Sequence record: MG592671.1 | Length of the DNA: 64,000 nucleotides | Strand: one strand, 5' to 3' | Part shown: positions 28,345-36,995 of the stretch, piece by piece | How the letters are laid out: each line of letters opens with the position of its first letter | Numbering within the stretch: position 1 is the stretch's first letter | Notes under the pieces: generated by a model | The model's input: the letters and a program-made list of their open reading frames with translations, nothing else | Told to the model about the DNA's origin: nothing | Database searches by the model: none | Program-made: the position numbers and the translations under genes

Positions 28345-28599
28345 ATGTCAAGAGATAACTTCGGTAAGAAAGGCAAAGTAATAACAGTTCGTTCTAAGGC
28401 CCTAAACGAATCCTGGGGAAGTGACAACGAGGATTATATGGGTAAAACATCCGTAGAAGTTCTGGAAGATATCAGGGAGTTCGCAAAGACAAAGAGAAGC
28501 CGAAAATTCAAAGAGAGAATGGATGGGCTAATCAATCAACCAGACGTACAAGTGACATTCGAGAACCCACAGAAGATGGTAAACATACAAGCAATATAA
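28345..28599 (+). CDS. hypothetical protein
   Basis: 84 aa ORF, AGGAG RBS. Confidence 0.6.
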   Translation: MSRDNFGKKGKVITVRSKALNESWGSDNEDYMGKTSVEVLEDIREFAKTKRSRKFKERMDGLINQPDVQVTFENPQKMVNIQAI

Positions 28600-28600
28600 A

Positions 28601-29200
28601 CCATCTAACCCATCTAAACCATCTAAGAGCTGGCACTAAAACTCGGCAAAATATCCGGGACGAGACGGACACAACGGACGCACAAAAACAACGAAATAAA
28701 AATTATATAAGGCATGGTACTATTATTACTGTGCCTTTTCTTATGACTAAACAATACGCATATAAAGGACATCCTTATATAAGACATATACATAACGAAT
28801 ACTCTATAAGGCATGATAACTATTATACCTATATAGACACTAGGCATGATAACTCTTATATAAGTGGATGGACTATACATGGACTCTATGGTCTCTATGG
28901 ACTACGAGTAGAGCTTCCTACATTATAGAGAAGTGACAGAGTACAGACAGAGTACAGATAGAGTACAGATAGAGTAAGAGATGGTTAAGGGATATGCCCT
29001 GTACCATGATCAGGAGTGGTAGAAAGCGGTCAAAAAGCACCTAGAAATGCTCTGAATAGCGCCTAGAATGGCTGTTTTGGGACACCATCAACAAGAAAAA
29101 TAGCGGTTTGGGGGCTTTGGTAGGCAGGAATGATTGAATGAGACGGCAGGCACGTGGGTATGTTAAATGGCACGCAGATATGTTAAATGGCACGTGGCAC
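28601..29200. repeat. cluster of short tandem repeats in non-coding DNA
   Basis: CCATCTAA x3 (28601, period 9), AGGCATGATAACT x2 (28809, 28842), GA(C/T)AGAGTACA x~4 (28935-28976, period 11), TATGTTAAATGGCACG x2. Confidence 0.75.
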
Positions 29201-29520
29201 TAAGTGTCCTTTTGAATTGGAACTAAATTTTGGGATCCGCTATATAGAACCCTATTTAAAAACCTAAATCACACGCCGGCGGTTTATGAATTATACTACT
29301 AACCATACGTATTATATCCCATCTATAGTGGTAGGTCACCATCTACCTAGAATTTAACTCACCAGTCATTAAAAAAACGTGTCATCATACAGATATATGA
29401 CACACTACCACCCGCCGCGCTCGCACATGGCATATACTGTACCTGCATATGAGTACGAATGCACAGAGCGTACATGCCATATCCATACGTATCTACATAT
29501 TGCATACTCTATCCTATACC

Positions 29521-29561
29521 AAAACCTTACTTCGCTCCGGGGAAGAACTTCATTCCTTATA
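29521..29561 (+). repeat. 41-bp direct repeat copy 1
   Basis: AAAACCTTACTTCGCTCCGGGGAAGAACTTCATTCCTTATA, identical at 29778-29818. Confidence 0.9.
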
Positions 29562-29666
29562 CTATGAGAATCTCCGGACGGGCGGAACACTTCTTATCAC
29601 TTCTTACCAGTACATATAAAGGCTAATGGAACACAACCTTTTCCAATAGTATCTTCTTGTAAAGCA

Positions 29667-29746
29667 TTATATAAAACATTAGTTGCGGATTTAGTCACAG
29701 GAATTACTAGTAACCTAGGTTAATCCGCAACTAATGTTTTATATAA
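29667..29746. repeat. inverted pair of the promoter-like motif (25-bp arms)
   Basis: TTATATAAAACATTAGTTGCGGATT (29667-29691) / AATCCGCAACTAATGTTTTATATAA (29722-29746). Confidence 0.85.
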
Positions 29747-29777
29747 GCCTTTGCAGGGTTTTAAAGTAAACACCACT

Positions 29778-29818
29778 AAAACCTTACTTCGCTCCGGGGA
29801 AGAACTTCATTCCTTATA
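29778..29818 (+). repeat. 41-bp direct repeat copy 2
   Basis: identical to 29521-29561. Confidence 0.9.
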
Positions 29819-29930
29819 TAGCCAGTACTCTGGATATTACCATTCCACTATTCCACTTCCTGTAATCATACACTCATACTCATACACCTAAGTGTTCAGT
29901 TCCAATACATCTGATACGCGCGATTAAATT

Positions 29931-30137
29931 CGCAACTATTGTTTTATATGTGACTATAAAGCAAAGCGATACAACGTTTTAAATGCCACGTATTGTTTTA
30001 GGTTGCTAGATAAAACTCGCAACTTATGTTTTATACTATAGTAAGGGTTAGCTAGTTAGCTAATTCGCAAACTGCATGGTTGCTAGATAAAATCCGCAAC
30101 TATTGTTTTATATTAAAATGTAAGCAACGTCGCTTAC
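29931..30137 (+). promoter_or_regulatory. tandem promoter cluster (3 motifs) + leader hairpin
   Basis: CGCAACT motifs at 29931, 30018, 30095; TAAGCAACGTCGCTTA. Confidence 0.7.
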
Positions 30138-30170
30138 TAATTAACGCCCTAGAGGCAAAAGGAATACATT

Positions 30171-31022
30171 ATGACTACAATTACTAAAATGACTGCACTT
30201 ACTACTGAAGCTCGTTCTGCAATTGAAGTAGCTATTACTGCTGGCACAGACCGCAAAGAAATTGCTAAAGAGCACAACTGTACTCCACGAGTTGTTGGTA
30301 TGGTGGCAATGAAACTTAAAGCTCCTGCAGCTCAATCTCCAGTTGTTGAAGAAACAACTTCAGAAGAAAGCACAGAAGTTTTAGAACCGCTCAATCTGAA
30401 GGGTCGACCAGCCAATCAATCTAAACTAGAGAAACTTGCTGCTCTTAAAGAAGAAGTTGGTGAGATTGACGCAGTAGAAGCAACTACTTCTAAAGCTAAA
30501 GGCACTAGAAGTGTTCGTGGTCTAAACGACAAAGACACTCGTGACTTGATCGTTGTTAAGAACGATGGAAGCAAGATGGCGTGGTGTACTAGTAAGTTCA
30601 ACTACAAAAACTCAACAGATGCCTTCATTAAAGGTAAGTTAGAGAAACGCGCTTCAAATCGTAAAGGCGAGCTTGCAACGCAATTCACTAACTTACTAGC
30701 TGGTGAGTTGATCATTGAGCGCACTTCAATTGCATCCGCAGAAGCGGATGCACTCACTGTAGCAGCATACAATGAGCTTGTTGAAGCTGGTTACGAGTTT
30801 TGTGGTAAAGCTCCAAAAGGAGCTCCTAAGAAAGAAAAGCCAGTTGTTGAGAAAGCTCCACAAACTGCTGAAGAAATTCAAGCAGAAATTGATGCTCTGA
30901 TTGCCAAAAAGGCAGTCTTTGAAAAAGTTCCAGCTACTACTGAAGTAGCTACGGACGAAGAGCAAGCAACGGCAGCTACTGAAGAAGACCTTGATGAAGC
31001 ATTACTGGATGCTGAATCTTAA
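30171..31022 (+). CDS. HTH-containing Lys/Glu/Ala-rich protein, family member 2
   Basis: near-duplicate of 33061-33879; homolog of 4616-5461. Confidence 0.85.
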   Translation: MTTITKMTALTTEARSAIEVAITAGTDRKEIAKEHNCTPRVVGMVAMKLKAPAAQSPVVEETTSEESTEVLEPLNLKGRPANQSKLEKLAALKEEVGEIDAVEATTSKAKGTRSVRGLNDKDTRDLIVVKNDGSKMAWCTSKFNYKNSTDAFIKGKLEKRASNRKGELATQFTNLLAGELIIERTSIASAEADALTVAAYNELVEAGYEFCGKAPKGAPKKEKPVVEKAPQTAEEIQAEIDALIAKKAVFEKVPATTEVATDEEQATAATEEDLDEALLDAES

Positions 31023-31039
31023 TCATAACCCTTGACAAA

Positions 31040-31067
31040 GGAGGCTCCGGCCTCCTTTTTTATGACT
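31040..31067 (+). terminator. intrinsic terminator
   Basis: GGAGGC-TCCG-GCCTCC + T6 + ATGACT. Confidence 0.8.
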
Positions 31068-31081
31068 AGATGCTGATAAAA

Positions 31082-31180
31082 TGCAAAGCATTATATAAAA
31101 CATTAGTTGCGGATTTAGTCTTAGATGTAACTAATATGCATGATAAAATTCACAACTAATGTTTTATATAATGCTTTGCA
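31082..31180. repeat. 28-bp perfect inverted repeat of the promoter-like motif
   Basis: TGCAAAGCATTATATAAAACATTAGTTG (31082-31109) / CAACTAATGTTTTATATAATGCTTTGCA (31153-31180). Confidence 0.9.
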
Positions 31181-31814
31181 GGGTTTTTGAGCTTCGCTAG
31201 TATTGGTAATAGCATACCAATCATTTTGGTACAACGTCATCACTTAAAATAAATCTGCGTCATCATGCTACGTGACGAGCAATGTCACGCCTGTACATGA
31301 GCGCACATCACGCATGCGCCTGTGTGCCTGTACGTACATATGAGCGCACGTGTCACATGTACATGTATAAGAGTATAAGATTACAATAGTTTATCAACAG
31401 TCCTATATCATATGATAATGATTGGTGTTATAATAGGTATTACAAAGAAACTCGTCCCTACTTATATAAGGTAAAGTCAAAATCCTACCATGTTCCTATC
31501 ACCGACGTACCGGTTGACTATAGTCCCATGTCATATGACATCCTAATACAATATCCACCTAGTAGTACAAAACAATACCATTAATTAATAACATATCATC
31601 TATCAGTACTCAACATTTGAACATGGAGTTATTACTATCCATAGTCCAGACTATTCATGCCTCTATACCAGACATCATGACACTTGAACTGAGTTAAGAA
31701 TGCCATTACCATATATGGAATGGATAATGACAAGACACTGTACGGATATACATGCCTGTACAAATATACAGTGGTAGCCAGTTATAACTGTGTGAATATA
31801 CAGTGGTATAAATT

Positions 31815-32100
31815 CGCAACTAATGTTTTATATAAGTCTTTGCGCATGCGTCCAGTAATTGTGTACTAGTTGAGTAGTATGTCATAATTCACAACTATTG
31901 TTTTATACTATAGTAAGGGGTAGCTAGTTAGTTACCCAGTAAAACAATACGCAGTGATTAAATTCACAACTAATGTTTTATACTATAGTAAGGGGTTAGC
32001 TACTAACCCGCTACTTAGTTGCGCAGATTAAATTCGCAACTAATGTTTTATGATATAATATAAGCAATAACGCTTATAATTTAACAGCCCAAAGGGCTAC
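31815..32100 (+). promoter_or_regulatory. tandem promoter cluster (4 motifs) + two leader hairpins
   Basis: motifs at 31815, 31890, 31965, 32035; TAAGCAATAACGCTTA; AGCCCAAAGGGCT. Confidence 0.7.
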
Positions 32101-32110
32101 GGTAACTATT

Positions 32111-32638
32111 ATGAAAAACGCAACTAACAACACAGTAAAAACAATCCCAGCACACTACTGTGCGCTAGTAGCTCCTACAAAAGAGGTAGCTCCTACAAAA
32201 GTACACAAAACTGCTAAGGCAACCCGTGACCTTAAAAACAAAGCTGTTCGTGAGCTTTTAGTAGTAAAGAACAACGCTACTAAAACAGCGTGGGTAAGCT
32301 CAAAATATGCTTACAAAAATGCTTCTTTAGACTTGATTGTTGCAAAAATCCAAAAGCGTGCTAACAATCGCTGTGAAGCAGTAGCTAACACTTATTCATT
32401 AATTTTGCAAGGTGCTATTGTGCTAGAACGCGCTGAAATTTTAAGTGCTGATTCTACTGCATTAACTCTTGACAAATGGAACGAGTTAGTAGCTGAAGGT
32501 TACACAGTTGCAGGTCGACCTCCTAAAGGTTGTACTGCAAAAAATGTAGAAGTCAAGGAAGAAGAACCCTTGACAGAGGAACAAATTGATGCAAAGATCA
32601 GTGCGTTAATTGCACGCCGTGAACTGCTTGTCAAGTAG
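32111..32638 (+). CDS. family member 3 lacking the N-terminal HTH
   Basis: RELLVVKNNATKTAWVSSKY.YKN...GYTVAGRPPKG..EEQIDAKI matches the C-terminal domain of 30171/33061. Confidence 0.8.
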   Translation: MKNATNNTVKTIPAHYCALVAPTKEVAPTKVHKTAKATRDLKNKAVRELLVVKNNATKTAWVSSKYAYKNASLDLIVAKIQKRANNRCEAVANTYSLILQGAIVLERAEILSADSTALTLDKWNELVAEGYTVAGRPPKGCTAKNVEVKEEEPLTEEQIDAKISALIARRELLVK

Positions 32639-32705
32639 TTTGTGGTAAAATAGTAGCTGGTCACCCAGCTACTATACTATAGAGCATTAGTCAAGTGATT
32701 AAATT

Positions 32706-33050
32706 CACAACTAATGTTTTATAGTATAGTATGAGTTAGCAACAACAGGAGTTCGTAAAATGTTGACAATGCTAACTCTTATGACGTGTTAACGTATGTG
32801 ATTAGTCGCAGCAAGCGCGGCTAAATTCACAACTATTGTTTTATACTATAGTAAGGGGTTAGTTACTAGCTAGCCACTTTACTATAAAACATTAGGATGC
32901 ATGATTAAAAACGCAACTAATGTTTTATAGTAAGGTAAGGGAGCAACGCTGCTCCACATTACATAAGTTGCACAGATTAAATTCGCAACTAATGTTTTAT
33001 ATTAAAATATAAGCAATAACGCTTATAACATTAACAGCCCAAAGGGCTAA
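32706..33050 (+). promoter_or_regulatory. tandem promoter cluster (4 motifs) + leader hairpins
   Basis: motifs at 32706, 32828, 32912, 32984; leader nearly identical to 32018-32100. Confidence 0.7.
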
Positions 33051-33060
33051 GGTATACAAA

Positions 33061-33879
33061 ATGACTACAATTACTAAAATGACTGCACTTACTACTGAAG
33101 CTCGTTCTGCAATTGAAGTAGCTATCCAAGCTGGCACTGATCGTAAAGAGATCGCGGCTGCAAACAATTGTACCCCACGCGTTGTTGGTATGGTAGCAAT
33201 GAAGCTAAAGGCTTCTACAGAAGTGAAAGAAGAGCCTCAAGATGCGGCAGTAGAAGACGCAACTGAAACTACGCCAGTTCAACAATCTAAACTAGAGAAG
33301 CTTGCTGCTCTTAAAGAAGAAGTTGGTGAGATTGACGCAGTAGAAGCAACGGGCGCAACGGGCGAGAAGAGCACGCGCTCAGTTCGTGGTCTAAACGACA
33401 AAGACACTCGTGACTTGATCGTTGTTAAAAATGAAGCTACTAAACTAGCATGGGTAACTTCAAAATTCAACTACAAAAACTCAACAGATGCCTTCATTAA
33501 AGGTAAGCTTGAGAAACGCGCTGGTAACCGTAAAGGTGAACTAGGTCAACAGTTCTCTAAGCTACTTGATGGTGAAATGATCGTTGAACGCACCCAGATC
33601 GCTTCAAGCGATGCAGATGCATTGACAGTAACAGCATACAACACTCTAGTTGAAGCTGGTTACGAATTCTGCGGACGAGCACCGAAAGGCGCTCCTAAAA
33701 AGGAGAAACCAGCAGTAGAGAAGGCTCCACAAACTGCTGAAGAGATCCAAGCAGAGATTGACGCTTTGATTGCTAAGAAAGAGGGTTTTGAGAAAGTTCA
33801 AGCTCCAGCAGCTACTGAGGAGCAGGAAACTGCTACTGATGAAGCTCAAGAATCTCAAGAAGCTCAAGAAGAAGCTTAA
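33061..33879 (+). CDS. HTH-containing Lys/Glu/Ala-rich protein, family member 4
   Basis: first ~65 nt identical to the 30171 gene; long shared internal blocks. Confidence 0.85.
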   Translation: MTTITKMTALTTEARSAIEVAIQAGTDRKEIAAANNCTPRVVGMVAMKLKASTEVKEEPQDAAVEDATETTPVQQSKLEKLAALKEEVGEIDAVEATGATGEKSTRSVRGLNDKDTRDLIVVKNEATKLAWVTSKFNYKNSTDAFIKGKLEKRAGNRKGELGQQFSKLLDGEMIVERTQIASSDADALTVTAYNTLVEAGYEFCGRAPKGAPKKEKPAVEKAPQTAEEIQAEIDALIAKKEGFEKVQAPAATEEQETATDEAQESQEAQEEA

Positions 33880-33896
33880 TCATAATACTTGACAAA

Positions 33897-33926
33897 AGAG
33901 GACTTCGGTCCTCTTTTTTTGTGACT
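33897..33926 (+). terminator. intrinsic terminator (UUCG loop)
   Basis: AGAGGAC-TTCG-GTCCTCT + T-tract + GTGACT. Confidence 0.85.
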
Positions 33927-33948
33927 GAATGGATTAGTCTGCAACCTG

Positions 33949-34020
33949 TTATATAAAACATTAGTTGCGATTTTTGGAATAGAATCCAGTGGTGAAATTC
34001 ACAACTATTGTTTTATATAA
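33949..34020. repeat. third inverted pair of the promoter-like motif
   Basis: TTATATAAAACATTAGTTG / CAACTATTGTTTTATATAA (one mismatch). Confidence 0.75.
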
Positions 34021-34188
34021 GTCTTTGCGGAGTGGTTGTGGTAACCCATTAATTGAACTAAAAATAAAACCCATCCTGTGTGATGTCAAGCTAAAATCAC
34101 ATTAACTTGCAAGTTCAATACCGCAACTAATGTTTTATATTTGAGTATAAGCAATAACGCTTATGGTAACCAAAATGGACAAATTAAC

Positions 34189-34461
34189 ATGATTGTAATT
34201 ACAACAACATTTGATTATAACTGCATTGAACTTATTGCAGCACGCAAAGCAACTGACGCTGATAAAGCGCGTGACACATATGCATATAACAATATGTTAG
34301 CAACTGAGACTGATGAATTCACAGTTGAAGTACTTGTTGAGGATTGCGAGCAGTTTATCACTAATATGAAAAGTGATGCGCAAAACACAGCCAACGCACT
34401 TGACATTAATGTTGGCGATGTACTTGCTAACTGGGAAGAATTTATTTGTGAGCACATTTAG
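34189..34461 (+). CDS. small acidic hypothetical protein
   Basis: ATG 34189 after promoter motif at 34122 and leader hairpin. Confidence 0.6.
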   Translation: MIVITTTFDYNCIELIAARKATDADKARDTYAYNNMLATETDEFTVEVLVEDCEQFITNMKSDAQNTANALDINVGDVLANWEEFICEHI

Positions 34462-34541
34462 TACACGTGTTCAAAAACGCAACTAATGTTTTATACTATA
34501 ATATGGGAACAATGTTGTTCCCACTCACTAGGAGATACAAC

Positions 34542-34760
34542 ATGAACATTAAAAAATATCGCAACGCTATTCTTGCTGTGGCACATGAGTACTACAGCGA
34601 AGCAACATTGGATAAAGCGGGCAACCACTTTAAGCTTGACATGGGCGACTTTACATTGTCTGTATCAGCAACACCTAAAGTTCCAGCAATGGTACTTAAA
34701 GAAGTAAGGAGAGATATTAAGCGTTATATTTCTGGGCACTATACAATACAACAACGCTAA
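34542..34760 (+). CDS. small hypothetical protein
   Basis: ATG 34542, AGGAG RBS, promoter 34478, hairpin GGGAAC/GTTCCC. Confidence 0.6.
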   Translation: MNIKKYRNAILAVAHEYYSEATLDKAGNHFKLDMGDFTLSVSATPKVPAMVLKEVRRDIKRYISGHYTIQQR

Positions 34761-34925
34761 GGAGTAAAGATGTATCTTGAGATACGAATGTGCTTACTAT
34801 TATTAGTTGGTATATGTATCTTGTGTTTTACGTAGTTTATCCTAGATATTAAACTCGCAACTAATGTTTTATAATATAGTATCGGGAAGCTTATGCTTCC
34901 CGACTATTTTACCAGGAGATACAAA

Positions 34926-35534
34926 ATGAAAATTAAAACAACAGTAAAACTTATCGCAATAGCATTAGTTGCTGGTTCAACCTTAGCAGCTACTCAATCT
35001 CACGCATTCAGTGCATCAAGTGTTGAAGGCAATAGTAAAGTTAAAATTGTACGTAAGATTGATCGTAAGTGTGCTAGTCTTACTGGACAAGACAGAGAGA
35101 TATTCAAAAAGCTAAGTCCATCTCGTATGTCTGTTGTGTACTCTATATACAATGGCCCTAAAGGTACAGAGGACAAGATAGAGGCATGCAATCTCTTAGC
35201 TGGTGATAACGAGCACTTAGTTATTACAAAGGCTGAGCGACAAGAGACAGAGCGACAAGCCGAGGAAGCGCGTATCCTTAAGGAGCGTGAGATGGCGCGC
35301 GCAGCACAAGAGGAACGCCAAGCAGCATGGGATGCTCTATCAAGTGAAGAAAAGAATAAGCATAGATTAGAGCGTAAAGAACGAATGTGTGCTCGAGCTA
35401 CTACTGACGCTGACCGCCAGTATGATTTATACCTCATGTCTAAAGACTATTACGGCGAGTCTCATGAAGCAACAATTGAGCAGGGATACTTAGTGCAACA
35501 ATTATTCACTCAGCGACGTCAAGCTTGCAAGTAA
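34926..35534 (+). CDS. secreted coiled-coil hypothetical protein
   Basis: signal peptide MKIKTTVKLIAIALVAGSTLAATQSHA, AGGAG RBS, promoter 34856. Confidence 0.7.
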   Translation: MKIKTTVKLIAIALVAGSTLAATQSHAFSASSVEGNSKVKIVRKIDRKCASLTGQDREIFKKLSPSRMSVVYSIYNGPKGTEDKIEACNLLAGDNEHLVITKAERQETERQAEEARILKEREMARAAQEERQAAWDALSSEEKNKHRLERKERMCARATTDADRQYDLYLMSKDYYGESHEATIEQGYLVQQLFTQRRQACK

Positions 35535-35615
35535 TTCAAAACTCGCAACTAATGTTTTATAATATAATGTAGGACAATAGGGTCCTACAATAATTAACAC
35601 AATAAGGTACACAAT

Positions 35616-35837
35616 ATGTCTTTCTTTTTAGATTCAGAAAACCTAGTAGAGATGAACACTGCTATTAATATGCATATCCCTACTGAGTATGATATGGACT
35701 TAGTAGACGATGAGCTTACAGTTGCAATGAGCGAGACTGTTAAGCCAGTACGTCGTAATGATGGCAAAGGCCAATACATTAGGCATGGCACACTACGAAA
35801 GTTTGCACGTGGTATACAGGAGCTTAATGCAGAGTAG
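35616..35837 (+). CDS. small hypothetical protein
   Basis: after last copy of the promoter motif (35544) and hairpin TAGGAC/GTCCTA. Confidence 0.6.
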   Translation: MSFFLDSENLVEMNTAINMHIPTEYDMDLVDDELTVAMSETVKPVRRNDGKGQYIRHGTLRKFARGIQELNAE

Positions 35838-35857
35838 CTGGGAGCTACGGTAACTAG

Positions 35858-35898
35858 GGCTGATGGGGCTAGCACTCCATCAGCCTTTTTTTACGGCT
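35858..35898 (+). terminator. intrinsic terminator
   Basis: GGCTGATGG/CCATCAGCC + T7. Confidence 0.75.
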
Positions 35899-36090
35899 GA
35901 ATAAAATGGTTTGACAAATGAATGCATATGTGCGCGTTATATTTGAACTTAGCTAGCTCAAAACTTAGCATGTTATTGTTGGGGTATCTAGTCTTTTATT
36001 CTGAGGGGTATGCAGGTTTTTCCTTGCAATGTAAAGGCTAGTTCTTTTAGCCCTTCGATTGTTATAAGTCAAAAATTTTAAAATTTTTCC

Positions 36091-36314
36091 CACATCACAT
36101 CACATAGTAGCCACAATGAATATACAATAGGCATACAATCCAATATACAATACAAACCACAATAGCTGACACAATACATCTATAATGAGTGCACGATTAC
36201 GGCTGGACCTGTGGTACTTTGGATATTAACAATAACACACGATGTTCCAATGTTCCATTATAGACAATACTTCTCACCGTTTGTATATGGTGTAATATAG
36301 TGTAATATGGTGTA
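36091..36314. repeat. phased short repeats in non-coding DNA
   Basis: CACAT x3; ACAAT x6 at 36113, 36124, 36135, 36147, 36159, 36171; ATAT(G/A)GTGTA x3 at 36285-36314. Confidence 0.75.
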
Positions 36315-36680
36315 GTTACGATAGTGTACTCTACCACTTCTCCCCGTCGTGCCTCCGGCACCGTTTTTGTATGGTTTAATCAAGGCATTATTACCATCCA
36401 TACGGCATCTCTATTGTTATTTTAGTCACATTTATAACTTATATGATGCAATTCAATCAATATTATACCTAAAATACTCTTAATATACCCCTTATCTGGA
36501 TATTATTTCATATTGATGTATAATTCCCTTCTAGAATGCTCAATATAGGATAATGTAGGAAAATATCGTGTTTCTATTGTTTTAGCCTGAGTATTATGTT
36601 TAGGAATGTTACATGTCGCTACTAATATGTTATAACAAATTATATATATTATTCTTTGTTTTAATCGTGTGGGAGCTCAG

Positions 36681-36995
36681 ATGTCTGAATACGGAGAACT
36701 TAAATGGACGGATGTATCTGAAGATTATGTTCGTGCGTACTCCACTTATCATAGTGAAGAGATGTTTGATGAGACTGCTGTGTTCGGCCGTCCTAAAAAC
36801 ATAGAGCATTATCGTTTAACTAATATGTTAATCCAGGGACGTTTGTGGTTATACACTCTAACCCAAGAGAGAAGCCTACGCTCATTAAAGAAACAATTCA
36901 GCGCTGGTCAACGAAGTGATCGTAGATCCTATCGTAAGAAACTCTCTTCTAAAGTTCGTGATCCATATGGTCATCTTCGTAAAGGGGCAAAATGA
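36681..36995 (+). CDS. basic small protein, QxxLxG array member 1
   Basis: TNMLIQGRLW core, K/R-rich tail; ATG 36681 after GGGAG. Confidence 0.7.
   Translation: MSEYGELKWTDVSEDYVRAYSTYHSEEMFDETAVFGRPKNIEHYRLTNMLIQGRLWLYTLTQERSLRSLKKQFSAGQRSDRRSYRKKLSSKVRDPYGHLRKGAK

Noticed and set aside
28623-29590. Short ORFs 28623-28880, 28731-28928, 29379-29567, 29405-29590 in the track
   Set aside because: They have no RBS, show repeat-derived Y/H/I-biased composition and overlap on opposite strands; likely non-coding.
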